DNA from: Trichoplax adhaerens
Lineage: Eukaryota; Animalia; Placozoa
Length of the DNA stretch: 64,000 bases
Assembly: GCF_000150275.1 (NCBI RefSeq)
Contig: NW_002060953.1
Coordinates: 2,258,719 to 2,322,718 of the forward strand
Direction: 5' to 3'
In this document: in pieces, positions 39,101 to 53,659 of the stretch
Layout: each line of letters starts with the position of its first letter
Numbering within the stretch: the stretch's first letter is position 1
Notes under the pieces: generated by a model
What the model was told of the DNA's origin: nothing
The model's input: the letters and a program-made list of their open reading frames with translations, nothing else
The model's database searches: none
Translations under genes and position numbers: made by a program

Positions 39101-42100
39101 TACATAGGATGAACAGTCTAAAGAATCCTATTGGACTAAATAAGCTAAAGCTAGTGATTCCCTTATTTTTTCTAATAATACCCATGCAAATATTTACAAT
39201 GTTTACTTAAGATGTTTAATACGCACCACGTTGAAGTCGATAATATTCGTAAAAAATTCAATTGCTAGGCGGTAAAATATAGATTTTATACAGTTATTTT
39301 TAACATTTTCTATTCTATCAAAATTAATAGAAATAAATATACATTTTATTGCTTTATAGCCATTCTTAATAATGATAGCAGAAATTATCGAAGAATCCTC
39401 TAGATATTGCAAATGACATACAGAAGTAACCATAGCATGCACAATGAAACCAATTAGCCAAAATTTTAAAGCTTTATCAGTAAACTTAGTGTGGATAATT
39501 GGTCTTTCCTAACAATAGCACAGGTGACATTGTTAGTATATTCACTGCTAGTAGTTTTGCCTGTTAACTGCAGTTTATCCATATGTTCAGATATTTTTAT
39601 ACCACTAATTTTAATGGTCTATCTGTAAATTTAAATTTAATACAGTAAATAATAAGACTATTAAAGCATTTAATGTGGATAGAAAAATGAGCTCAAGTTT
39701 AAAAGACCTTTTCTGATTATAATATATGGAGGGCGTACAAATAAAAGAAATGTAACTTCTAGCGAGTTCATCGCAGTTGATTTCGGCTATGGTTTCATAA
39801 TTTCTGTCCTCAACCTATGAATTAAAAATGCAACTCAGTATGTATTATAATAAACCCATAACGAGTTTTCAAATATTCATTACAATTTTAACTTTATTAT
39901 ATTTGTAAATTGCGTCAAAAAAACTCCAGGATATAGCATTTGAGAAGTCTTAAAATATCAATTCATTCAGTCATCTTAGCATTTGAAAACATTGTTATTT
40001 ACAGATTTTTCATGGCTATATCCATCTTCAATTATACTTTCAATTTTCTCTACTTTCATGGCCAGTAATGCCTAATACACATGGATTTAATAAAAATATA
40101 ACTTACTTTTCAGCAGATCTCCAGTAATAAGCGCTAATGTATCTGCATCCTTAAAATAGTCATCTTACATATTTTTTTAATCATTACTACTTTGATTCAA
40201 CAAATAGACTTCAGCCTATCTTTAATATTGCCACAACGATTATTGAATTATTCCATTAAATAGAAAACCGTGAATCGGAATAAGAGATCCAATAAGATGC
40301 AGTTGTAGCCTTAAATTAACTGTCATTGTAACCAACAGGGAATTTTATTGCAAAGTTGGAAAACTTGATTACAGTTAAGATAATAATTCTTGGAGAGCTG
40401 CACACTTTAAATGATTCCACGTATTTATCTATTTGAAATGAGGAAACTCAGTAGCGACTTTTCATCAAATCTATCCAAACAAGTATTTAAAGCCTATTTC
40501 ATGAAACAACTTAGATGTTACTAAGCTTGTGCAGAAGCTAAATTTTACATCCTTAGCTTATGTATATTATAGCAACTTGATTTTTCTTTCGCCGTCAAGC
40601 CCAATCCTGCTCGATTTAAGAGCTATTTGCGAGAATATCTATAACTAATTAACCTCAACAGCGTTACAGCAAATTTACCAAGGTTGAATAGAAAGCATAC
40701 CTATGATATTTAATTATCTACTATATCAAATCGGGTGTCGTATAAAGCACTATCTTTATTAAGCTTGAACTTGTTTTGCTTACCCAATGTACTGTATATC
40801 TGTCAACACTTTTCCGATAGATAATTAATTGATCGGAATAAATTTATTTTCAGCTAAAGTATTTACTTTTGATTTGAATAGTAATTCATGAGATGTAAAT
40901 TTACCATTTACAGTTATCATGATCTATAATTAATTGAATTTCAGCAAGAGCTACTTCACATTATATAAAGTCAGCTGACGATTGCGTTCTCACTGACAGC
41001 TTTCTGAATCTGAATGACGAAATGACTATTCCAATTTTATTAAATGCTACTGTTGAGTATATCATTAAGTGATTATTCCTTAAAGTCTCTATTTTAACAA
41101 AGCAAGACTAGACACAAATTCGAAGTGCAAGTTACAAATCCATAATAGAACTATTTTATAATCTTTAAATTAATATATTATTGCTCAAGTATAAAAGATT
41201 TACCAGGATCAGTAGTTCACTGCGGGCTAAATATTCGCATAAATAATAATAATACATATAATTAATCAAATAATTCGTCAAACGGGACCACAAGTAAATA
41301 GCTTAACTTTTACTCGAATAAGATTAGATATAGACATAAACGTTAGTAGGCATCGCTTTTATAGCGACTAGAGAATGCAGCTGCATTACCTTAAGGTATT
41401 TCCGGAGAAGAAAAATGAAATACCTAAATCAAGAATTACGGTAGAAGATCAAGAGATAATGGGTTAAATTTAATAATGAATAAACGTAATTGATGTTGAT
41501 TCTTTGAACATACAATGATAGAATGCAAAAATCATCCAAAATTGTAGTCGAATCACCTAAAGCTTTCAATCTCAATCAATATCAAAATTATTGTAATTGT
41601 ACTTTGTTTCTGTAATGAACTGTAAACTCTGCAAACAATTTATTTCTTTAGCAGACTGTTATGATGACAACGATGCAGATGACGTAAACACCTTTAGTGC
41701 CTTGCAAATTCTTTGCGAGCCATCTTGATTCACCAAAGACCATGCGTTATGCTCAATAAGTTCTTATAAATCGTCTATAATTTCATTCACATTAACATAC
41801 GCAATTAAGAATAATAACGTGAATAATTTACGGATTGGCTTTAAAAATTTACTGTAGTGAATTAATTTGATCAAGCAGGACTTGCCTAAATTGTTAAAGC
41901 TACGTTACCCGCACGCTGCATTTAATTTTTAATATGTAAAGGATACGCTAAATTTTCTGACCATGGCAACTGTTAGATCATTAATTCTATTTCTTAGATT
42001 TACTATTAATTATCGTACCTAGAATAAAAATAATTAGCAATAATAAAAGTTTTTACCTGATCTATTAACAGCAGTTAGTGCGTGATCACATTTTTTATTC

Positions 42101-45100
42101 AGTTGACAATAATAAAAGAAGGCGAATTTCTTTTCATAGAATGTCCATATTTTATTTATCAGCTGCAATCAAAAAGGTCTTTAGGCTATTACAGGATCGT
42201 CTTAAATTACGAAACTGAATCATACAGCATTAATGGAGTAGCCTCACTAACCTAAACTCAAGAACTCAAGACATGCCATGTAATTATATTTAGGCTCGCT
42301 TATTATAAACTGTTATCCGAATCAAACAGATAAATGATCTATCGATAAGAAAAGCATTATATGTAAAATAAAACTGCGTCAACTTGTTTATGATTATAAA
42401 TATCTGAATATTCTATTCATAAAGTGTTTATTTATAATTTATTACTTAATTAATTGTATTCTATTAGGTTGAGTTATAATAATTAATAGACGGCTGCAGT
42501 AGCGACAATTCGTTTATTTTCAATAGTAATAAGGTATTAAAATGTGATTTTATCGAAAATGAATATAAACTCAGCTGCAATTATGATCTTCTAAGTTGGA
42601 GTTTGGCTTATCATATGATCGTACCTAATTAATCTATATATACAGTATATGGAAATCATTACTCAAAATAAACAATCTTAGCTTCAATCCTAATAGGAAT
42701 TTAAATCCATTTAAAGCCGTTCAATTATACTGCAGTATATTTGAGTAAATACCGCACAAAATAAGGAACGACTGACCCATTATACAAAATGCAAGTATGT
42801 ACAAGGAAACAGCTAGGAGTGAATCAGAATATAGCCTTTTATAAGGGTTCCCCATAGCATTATCCATACATAAAGTATCCTTTGAATGACTATAAGATCA
42901 GCGAGAATAAATATCTAGAATAAATATCTAGTCAATGTCAAAACTAGCAATAAACTAGTTATATAATGCCATAATTTACAAGATTCTAGCGAAATTGACG
43001 CTATTAAATTCTCCTTTTAACGTCATTCTAAAAATAAGTAAAGAAAGGAATGTTTTTATTTCTTTCATCGACGGACAACTCAGTAAAAGGCTCCCAGTGT
43101 AGGAGATAAAACAGTTCCTTACTTAAATTATAGTACAATATAGCAGTAGTAAACTTAGACCATGCCGCTACACAAAGCTAGATTTTAGACTAAATTCCCT
43201 CCTAAGAGAGGCAGCCTTTAATATCATTCATTATAGTATGTTGACAAACATGTTTACAAATTACTCTTCCTAGTTCAATTATCTTAAAGATCAACCTACT
43301 TTAGTTTGAAGATTTCTTTATCCTGCTCTATACTAAATAAGGTTCTTGAACCTATTTCTTATAATATATCTGTCGAAACCTACGATTTAACTATTGAAAA
43401 CTTAATACTTATACAAATATGATATTCTCCTAAATATACCAAATTATTCGATCTAATGTAGACTTCAAGTCAATTTTATTAAGGTCATATAATCTTGCGA
43501 CATCATATGACAATAGCCATCAATTAATTTTACATCGGCTAAAAGCAAATTGTCACAGACAGGATTTGACAATCTTTCTGTTCTTCATTAATTAGGCATG
43601 ACTGTAACAATTTTATAACGATAAGTTATCACGTAAAGTAATCAAAACCAGATGCGAACTTGCAATTGTTTGTGAACTGTCAATTGTTAATTAGAATATT
43701 TCTGTTTTTGTTGGTGTTACGGTGTTACTTTAAGGTAGGAAAATTCAATAGTGTAGCAACAGTAAATATAGAAAGTGTCCGTATTTGTAGAACTAGGAGA
43801 TATAAGCAATGGCTTAAAGTGGATATTATTATTTAAATAGTTTATCACATATTTCATATAGATTGTTACTATGTGTGGATAGTAGTTATGATTCATGCTC
43901 TGGGTAATGACAGTTGAACTAGACAGCATACATACTTAGATTAAGACTAGGTATGAGTTATAGTTAGAAAGTATTTACTGATAAGAAAAGCTATTTAAGG
44001 AACATTTCAATTCGATCTCTCTCCCAGTAAGGTATAATAAAAATAGGGTTGTTGCTTGTAAGTTAGACCGTTCCTATACATACGGTAACATTTCAAATTG
44101 AGCTGAGTTGGGAAAAGTTGCAGATGTATCTAGCTAATATAAGTTCTATCTTTATGATAGTTTGTTGTGTAACGTTTAGTAAATTTAGTCAATGGTTACT
44201 TATTGACTTTAACTTTACTTTTTCTTGTCACAGAGGTTAAATTGTGTGAAATTAGTTATTTCAAAACTGAAACTCCTGTTTCAATAAAGTCAGCTATTCG
44301 ACATGTTCGGTGTGATTTAGTGATGAGATTTCAAACATATAGATTTCTATCTTAACATACGAGTAAAATAGTTGTCATAAACCAGCTTCGTGACAAGAAT
44401 AACGTAAAACAAATCTCTAAATTACTATAGTCTCCGGGATTCAGTATCCTTTAACTACCTCACAAGAATTTAGACGCCTTTGATTCTACGTTAAACTCAA
44501 CTAAACAATTGAGAACTGCTTCATTCAACTATCTGACGGGCTTATATACCCTTCAACAGCAGCTAACATTCACGAGTCATCTTATAAAAATATATAGGAG
44601 AGAACATCTACTAACTAATTTTTCACAGTCAGACTACAATATATCCATTCACAGAATCATTTCAGTACACATTACAGCACAGCATTAAATTTACTGTAAC
44701 ACATTTATAATTAGAGTAATTCCTACTGTAAGTAACTAGTTGTAATATACTGTATTATCACTATATTATATTAACCAAATTTAGATGGCTATTTCTTCAC
44801 GGTAGTTCGTACCGCGACAATAGTATCCTTATCTTGCTTAAAGTTGGTGCTAACAGATATTTCAACGATAGAATCACGTAATCATAGCAACGTAAAAGGT
44901 CTTTACCATTTCTTCGCTTCTTTTAACTCATCACAAAAAATTAACGATGAAATCAGCCGAAAATATCATTTTACAGTAGCACAGCCGCACTCCAGCATAC
45001 TTATGCTTACACGACTACTTCACCAAAAAATAAAAGAGATGACAAGATGAATGTTAACTAATGAAATATTAATAATCGGTATTGGCTGCAGATTTATTTA

Positions 45101-46036
45101 AATACTGACATCACCGTGGTTATCAATTTCTATCGGTTAAAATTGTTTGAATCAAATAGATAAGACTTTTATTTAAATACAGGGATTTTGAAATTTTTGA
45201 ATCGAACTCGAAATATTTAGCTGGAAGGAGGGAATTTACTAACAGTATTTATTGCCCACATTTAAATCGGCTAAATGCAATATAAGGACGATATTATTTG
45301 TAAAAAAACGCTGAAATGTAAGGTTATAATCAAACCCAATCGAAAACACTTGTATCCATTATCACACTTTAAACCAAGATTTATTTTGAAGTACACAACA
45401 TGTAGATAAAAACAAGAGCTAAGATAAGAATTTACTTAACAGGCTAATCAAGTAATAACACAGAATATTTCAAAATAAAAAATAAAATATTGTTATTGAT
45501 GATCAATTTATCAAGATAATATGATAATTATCTTACCGAATCAATTAGATTTGAAATGCTCTAATAAGTATTTGGAAAACCATAGCAGTTTATTACAAGA
45601 ATGACAACAATTAATCAATAAGCTTCCTTTCTACTTAGGCTATTATTCACGAAAAGGGCATCTTTCAGGATGAAATAATATCTAAATGCAGATTTACACA
45701 TTTAAATATTGTAACTTCTTTGGTAGCTCAAATAAGGTGAATAAGGTTACCTGCATTAATTTATACATTTATTATAGTGTACACATAAAATATCTCTATA
45801 TAATATTGATAAGTTCTTTGATTCTATTTCTACTGGCAAAGTTCCGTTTAATCTCACTGAAATATTGCTTGTATAAAATATATTCAGCTTTACGGAATAC
45901 TACTACCTTCCGATCTGCATCAATACAGTAAATAGAATTGCTAAAAGATGGCTGTAATGCGAGTTGTAGGCATTGATATATAATGGTATCAGGTATGGAG
46001 TTCAAACTGAAATTTAATGTTTACATAATTATCCTT

Positions 46037-48289
46037 TTACTTCCGAGAAGAATATTGAGCCGAATAGAGAACCTCGATAGGTCTTATAGGTGTCGATTTA
46101 TTACTTTTAAAATTACTAAGAAATCGTCTCACCCTTCGTGTGCGCAGTGAGAATATAACTGGATTAAGAGAGCAATTAATGAAGGTAAAGTATTTTGCAA
46201 AAAATTTATCCTTTAAATTTAGACTAACTGCACCTATTAGTTCTAAAAAATTAAAAATAACAAATGGTGCGTAAGATATAATAAAGGTAACGAAGATCAT
46301 AAAGATTGTTATACTTAAACGAATATCTTTCTCACGATAGCTTTGCTGACGACAAAATGACTTCCTACGACTATAAATATGAACTCTTTCTTTACTTGCG
46401 CGAACAATTAAGTAAATCTTGTAATAGCAAATACTAATAATCACCGTAGGAATAAGATAGGATACAATCATTAATGTTAGAACGTAAGACATACCAGAAA
46501 AGCTATCAGCCTTGGCAAAAGAGATAATACATATACCGCCGACTGGGAAATATTGAAAGTTTCCCCAAATTTGAAACGTCGGGGGCATAGTCAAACTTAG
46601 CGCTATAATCCATCCACATCCCATGAAAATGAAATTAGATTTTAAGGTTACGAATTTATAATACTTTGAATTGCTAATATGTAGATATCGAGTAACTGCC
46701 ATGATTGCCATAGTCAATATATTAACGATTGAAAATGTCATTAATAGTCCATAAGTCAGATAGCATAAAAAATCGCTTTGCTCGTATACTGGCTTGACAA
46801 CATTCGGCATTGCAATTTGCAGCATTTCGATGCCACTGAAGTTGACAAAAAAGCGCAAACAATTGATAACAATCAGTAAAAATAGTAATTAGTTTAATAT
46901 TGCGTTTTTAAATATATATCTAATAAAATAATTCGAGCCTATTTTTTGATAAAATTTATCTTAAAATATCACTAAAATGATTACAGACATGTTAAAAATG
47001 CGACATTCAAATTACTTTAAATTATATAGCGAAAGGTAGGCCAAAGCTGATAAGTCGAAATATAGGTCATCTCATATAATTTCATTAAAGTCTATGAGGT
47101 TGCACATTTTAGTTTAATACATAGCGATCAATAAATGAGAAAGAATTAAATAATCTGACTTGACTAGAATATCCTTAATGCAATAAGCTTTAAAGACGCG
47201 CTAAATTTACTAACTCTGACTAGTAATTTCCTATCTAAAACGCGTATAAAAGGGCAAATAAGGCTTTCGAATACAATATTTAATTTATGAGTAATCCATA
47301 ATTTTTAACTTGTCCTATTTTAATCAATCAAAACTTTTACTGCTTAAAGAACTTTTGATTTCCTAAATAAATTAAAGACCTGGTATGGGATTTTATTCAC
47401 TGATTCAAATAACATACATGATTCAATGTATTGAGAGAAATGAAATTACCGGTATATCTTCCAAAATCTAATCATCAGTAAATCGAAATCGAAAATTTAA
47501 CTTTAAACTCCTGAATAATGTAATCTTAGCAGTTTTATTGAATGTTTGTGCACATTTACCAAAATATACTCAATGTCAAACTGATAACCGATCGCTAATT
47601 GATTGGATCAAATATTACTTGGTTATTAATTGATTCTCCAGTAGCTGTATGGTATTGTATTTGTAATGCGTTTGATCTATCTACCGAACAAAGCTTGCTT
47701 GCGGTGTCCAAGAAAAGCAGATTTTATGAAACAGATTCATTGACAATTATTTGTAGCTTAGCATTGCAATCAAACTTATTGTGTTATTGAATCGAAGTCT
47801 ACGTAAATATATCTTCTGATGGCTCTGGAATATAAATGCAAACTGCGAATAGATAACCATGATAGTAATAATTTTTGCGCCCTAATCATTTAAAGAAATT
47901 CTCATTTATCACCTTCAAGTCATCATCTATACTTATGAACAACTAAAATGGTGTGCAAGTGAAAGAACGAACAATGATGATATTTGAGATTCTAGGATAC
48001 AAATAACTGTAATCAAATTAATAACCTCTATCAAATTCTCACTGTTGTTGATTACCGACCTTGTCAAAATGAAGAGAATATCAGTTATTGCGATATACAT
48101 AAATTGAAGTTCGTTAATATTAGTTTTCCGGTATCGGCTAAGTAGGTAGATCAGCAGGCAGAGGTTACCCGGTACACCAATGAGAATGAAAAAAAACAAG
48201 ACTACCATGGCGACTAGAGCATCCAGTCCTGTCATGACTGTAGGACTGGTAACATTTTCGTAAATTGTTACATTTGCCATCCAGTTCAT
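46037..48289 (-). CDS. Orphan rhodopsin-class (class A) GPCR, paralog 2; 2 coding exons, 342 aa
   Basis: Exon 1 48289-48060 (GVPGN, IAITDI, donor AG|GTCGGT), 1.2-kb intron, exon 2 46835-46037 (acceptor aacttcag). C...VTRY, GW...PP, ECL2 C, YLIP...CY, SYAPF, LNPVIF. Confidence 0.9.
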
Positions 48290-51289
48290 CTTTACCTTAA
48301 TATTGATTGATGAATCACAACTATGTTAATCTAGGATTATAAAAATTAATTTATTCAATGCGCTGTATCTGATTAACATTGACTTTAAATAGCGAACAAG
48401 AGCATCTTCGAAAAAATTTCCTCATCACAGCCAATATTAATATCGCATTTCCACATAAAAATTTATCGAAAGTGATAATCTCAGACAAATAGATCACCAA
48501 TTAAGTAATACTATTATATTTTAAATATTATTTAGAACCATCTGCTGCTTTGATAAGTGAAAATTATGAATAATATATTATTTGCCTATAACAGACAGAT
48601 TAATTCACTAAATCCTTTATTTCATCTAAATTTTATTGATTAAATGTGCATGGTATCGATTCATTCTCAGATATTGTCCGTCTTAATGGGTAATTTCTTA
48701 TATACTGTACTCTTTAGTAATAATGTATTTCCTCTAATATTCCCATATTACTGTATAAAAGAAATTTTTCTCTATATCCTTATGTAAGCCATTAATGACA
48801 TGACGTCGCTTAATTGAGTGGAGGACGAGTTGGTTGTTTATTATCACATCTGATGCATAATTAAAGAATATGTAATTAGATGCAGCAATTGTTTAGACGA
48901 ATTTCTAATTAAACTATAACAGACAAATTATTTGATGACTTTAAAATATTTTTAAGTTCCCTTCAAGGTATAGTATGAGAAACACAATAGGGATAAAAAA
49001 TTCTCTGTTTTATTAAAAGCTATTGCAAGTTCATTACTTAAAGGGAATAAATTATTCAGACTATTGTAGAGTATTAAATTATCTGTATGATTGCGGAAAT
49101 AAACAATAGAACTACAAGATAATCACGACTAATACTGTATGAAGGTCTTTAAAATTTGTACTTGATTATAAGAATTCAAGCATTAACACGAGGTTAGTCA
49201 CTACATTATGTTCTGGTAAGGTACTTTATTATACCTGAAGTTACTAACTTCGATTATGCTGGATTGCAAGTTTATTGTGCGACTGTCAAATAAGTTAACT
49301 CTCATCAGTAATATATGATATTAACAATCAAACCGATTGATTGTTCTGTCCTGACTTTTACTTTGTCATGTAACTTAACAAAAGCATAAAAGCGGTAAAC
49401 CAAGCTGATTTTTTTGTAAGGTTACTATATTATTCGTAATTCAAGCGTAATTTATGATAAAAAGGCCAATTTTTCTATTGTACAATAGAACTTAGCAAAA
49501 ATTGAGCAGCCGCACCCAGAAGCACCATACTTTATATACTCATTCGATTTCATCAATCAACCTTATTAGTATTTCTTTCTATAATATTATGCTTTAAAAT
49601 ATTTATGATTTTTAAAAACTTATCGAAGTTAAAATCTAATCTTAGTTGATATCATAGTATTGATCGCGTATTCGAATAACAAAGAACATTAGGCGTATTA
49701 CAATGTTCGGAAATGTTAATCACAAAAAATTGATATTCTGCCAATTAACGAAATTATCTATAATTCTATATCCTATAGACTCTTTTAATGTAAATAGACT
49801 TGAAAATCGTTAAGGAAAATTAGTTTTTAATATTTTATATTTCGTACATAATAGTCCTTTAATGACAACTGTTCATCCCATGTGGGTGGATGAAGTATTG
49901 AACTCCGATTGTTGTCTTAAAATGGAGCTATTCATTATGTTTTAGCATAGTCTCGTATATAGAATTTACTAAAACATTTATAAACACCTATTCAAAATAC
50001 CTAATTATCTAAATGCATCGAACTATATCGTAATCTGCTGAATTAACCGAGCGTGAACAGAATTTACAATACCGTTAATACTACTAATCGCATTAAAACC
50101 GGCAGCATCTGCCAACTCTTGACCAACAGCGAATCCTAAAGTTCTTTTTTACCCTATATCCATGACAAAATAACAATGATGAATAGTAATTTGTATTGGC
50201 GACGATTGCTTAAAATAGCTTAAATACAGGGAAAGAAAATTTTCGATAACATCTTTCACAAATGACAGCGTAATGCTACCAAGTAAATTTAACATGAAAT
50301 TAATGCCAGATATTATAGTAAGCGACAAGATATTCTTAAGATTTATTCATAGATGGATCAATTTTAAGATTGACATAGTCTTTGTTTTAATTAGGTTTAA
50401 GTTTGGTCTGCATCATAATAGTGTCAGTATTTCGCTAAAGATCTACATCAAACTGGCTTAGCATCTAGTAATAGTATATAAGGCTCCAGTTACACATATA
50501 AATGTTTAATAGATGGTATATAAATTTCCGGATTAAAGAGGAGTTTATCAGTCTCTGAGCTATGCTTTTACTGTAAGCTTTATTCGACAAGCTAATTTAT
50601 CGTATCATCGAAGATACTTAAAATGGAAATGCGTGCCTTTCATCAAGTCAGCACTCCGCTATGGAGATAACTTTTCATAAGATTTGATCATGCATTTAGA
50701 ATGATTGAACCGGAAGTGCAAACATATGCCAGAGCGCATTTTTAAATTCAGCACACAATTTAGCAATGTACTGACAGAATGCACCAAGTAGCACCATGTG
50801 ATCCACTGCTTAAAAAATATATGTAATGCACATGCAATTGCTGCAACTGCTTAAGTTGTAACGTGCAGTTACTTACTTCGTATTCAAATAACATCAGAAC
50901 GTGACATACTAGTCGGTAAAATATTTTAAAGACAAATTTTATCTGCTACATCAAAAATAGAATCAAATTAGGATTCGCTAGCAAAATAGTGCGATATTTT
51001 AAAGGAAGTGAGAAACCTTGTTGACAGTTCTATTAAATTTTAAGCCATATAAGAAATTGTCAAGGAACAAATAGCTATATTCAAATTTCAATATGAATTT
51101 ATGAGCAAGTTAATACAGGAAATGAATCGCAATGTTTATGATATTCCGGGGCACACTAAACGAAACTTAATTACTGTTCTTTTTTCGTTCAAGCAGTTGC
51201 CATACTTAATTATCACTAATATATAGTTTGCTGATGGGTCAAGATTTGCTCAGATGTAGTAAGAAGAAATTTAAGAAAGAAAAGAGAAA

Positions 51290-51720
51290 ATGTCGCAAAA
51301 TTTTAAAATTAATGAGTATAATACCGATGAGGAATTGATTCCAGTTTTCGAAATTCAGCAGAGTGAAAGTAATTCAAAGCTATAAACACAAAATCTTCCA
51401 ACTAACGGTATCTCCAATTACGAATACGAATTTGTTAAAATCAAGAAAGAAAGCGATATCATTAAATCAAGGAGGAAAGTGATGTCGTTGAAATTAGTAA
51501 CGAAACGAAACCATGTAAATTAACAAATTAAGCGATATCATTGAAATCAATAAAGAAAGTAATATCGTCACAATAACAAAGGAAAAACAAATTGTGAAAA
51601 TTAGAGGGGAAAATGATATCATTGAAATCAAGGAGTAAAGTGATGTCATTGAAATTAAAGAGGAAAAAGATACTAGCACATTGAAGAAAGGAAGTGTTAC
51701 AGTGTTAAATACTGTATTAC
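51290..51720 (+). repeat. Decayed coding minisatellite, 27-bp/9-aa unit (consensus SD[IV]IEIKEE), about 10 copies from ~51425
   Basis: Reads ...FVKIKKE SDII(fs)IKEE SDVVEISNE ... SDIIEINKE SNIVTITKE KQIVKIRGE NDIIEIKE* SDVIEIKEE. Preceded in frame by MSQNFKINEY...; interrupted by stops and frameshifts. Confidence 0.7.
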
Positions 51721-52293
51721 AGTAGAAATAACTATGTTAGGATAATTCTGTTAGACTATCCTTATTTAGTTAACTTCTAATTTGGATATACTGTATTTTA
51801 ATATAGCACTGACTTTTTATGACAGTGACACTTATACACATACTGAAATTATAATAGTTATAATAGGGAATGCAAATCATCTGCTTACAGTTCGAATCAT
51901 TGTGATTGTAATTTACTTATGGAAGACTGTAAATTATCATGGAAATGTTCCGTGATAGGACATATCGTAATCTGACTATTCTGTATTAGTCATTACATGT
52001 CTATGTTCGTAAATACTGTTGTCTGCATTAAGGGAGCAGTAGCTAAAATTAATATCTAATTCAGTAAATGATTCTAATGTTAATTGTATTAACTATGACT
52101 CATGAACTATTGAGGAATAGTATATAAATGCAGTATATCGTGAAATAAAGAAGAATTGTCCAACTTAGTGTTTAACGTAAAATACGAGGCGTTTAAGTCT
52201 TTGTGTAGTCTGCTAGTAGAGCAAAAGTGTTTGTGATAGTGCAGATATCGTTCCTTGATACGTGGTTCAAGGAATTGACTTATTGATCGTATA

Positions 52294-53659
52294 TTGCGTT
52301 ATCTTGTTGCAAAGCTGTTTTGTGACATGTATATACAAACCACAAAAATGCGAGAATTTTTGCCTCTTTATAGCGATGTCATTGTTATTGATGGCACGCT
52401 TAAAGCTGAAAGTACGAACGTAGCTTTAAGTACTTATTCCGTAATTGATCATTTCAGTCAATCCAGCATTGTTGGAATATCTTTAGGACAAAATAAAATG
52501 ACAGCAGATATTATTAAAGCTATGCAATTATTCGGAATTGCTGAAAAGGGAATAACATTAATGACTGATGATAATCCAATTTATAATAAAGTAGCAAAAG
52601 CCTTGCAACAGATTCACGTTATTAGAGTAAACCATTTCAGGCAAAAAATGTATATTCCATCTCGAAGTATGCCAAAAGAAGTAGGAACTAATTTCATTAT
52701 TAATTGTAATTACTGCATTTTTGATATCAAGGAACCTGATACGTTAGATTTATCATTATATAAGTTGTTACAAGATTACGTTTGTTATCCCTACGCTGTT
52801 AGTACTATTCGAGCTCTAGTTGAAAATAAGAGGAAAGTCTGTGCTACATATACTAAGCAATACTTCACTGGTGGCTCTATTGCTATACAAGGAGGAGATA
52901 AATTACCCGATCGAGAGGAACTAAAAGCCGAAAGTGAGCTAAAAATCGCAAGTTTATATCCTTTAATTACTGATATTATTCGAAAAATTGACGTTCAGGA
53001 AGAAAGAATGTATTCTACCATATCCCAGCTTATTAGCGAGAAACAATTTTGGAGTCCATATGTTGAAGCGGTTTGGTTGTATGAACGACAGCATAAAAGT
53101 GCTTTCCAGCATTTACAGATTGCTGACCATTGCTTTCATGTTATACCTAACAATTATGCTAGTCAAGGATTTCATTCATCTATGATCTGAGTAGCTAGGC
53201 TGGCATCCAATGAATTTGACGTTCCAAGCTGCGATTGTGTCTTTTTTTAATTTACACAACCCTTGTAGATATATCACGATTGCTTTTAAGCCTAGGAACG
53301 TTGATCATGCTCTACTTCATAAATGTAACTTATCTAAAAGATGGCGATTAGATTGTCATCCACACTATGAAAGAATATGCCATCGAAAAGGCCTCAAATC
53401 GGCTGCTGCTGAAATACCTGACATTAACGGAATAGTTCAATTATCTGGTAAGAGAATTGAGCAGAAAGAAAGCGCTGAATTGACTGTACCTTCGATCAAT
53501 TATATCGACATAGACGCGTATTATGGCATCCCTTATCCTACCAAGAAAGTAAGTGAAAAATTTAAGAAAGTATTGTATGAATTATATCTCGTGGCAATGA
53601 AAAAAGAGCATAATTATCGACTAGCACTGACCTCATTTCAGCAAATGAAAAATTTATAG
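52294..53659 (+). mobile_element. Mutator-like (MULE) DDE transposase with SWIM zinc finger, inactivated (pseudogene)
   Basis: DVIVIDGT (first D), LMTDDN (second D), IHVIRVNH (CxxH with C to R), FTGG..IQGGD. After the stop at 53188-53190 the same frame gives VPSCDCVFF; a slip in T7 (53242-53248) continues NLHNPCRYI...LSKRWR, i.e. SWIM CxC..CxH(Y) plus RW. No TIRs found. Confidence 0.75.

Noticed and set aside
46037-46835. Calling the GPCRs opsins
   Set aside because: Position 7.43 is I/F/F, not Lys, so they are not canonical opsins.
40810-49900. Short hairpins, palindromes and micro-duplications (e.g. ~40813, ~42904, ~43336, ~49872)
   Set aside because: Expected by chance in AT-rich DNA; no TSDs or repeated family structure seen.
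51494-51679. Minus-strand hydrophobic ORF (MLVSFSSLISM...)
   Set aside because: Antisense shadow of the 27-bp plus-strand repeat.
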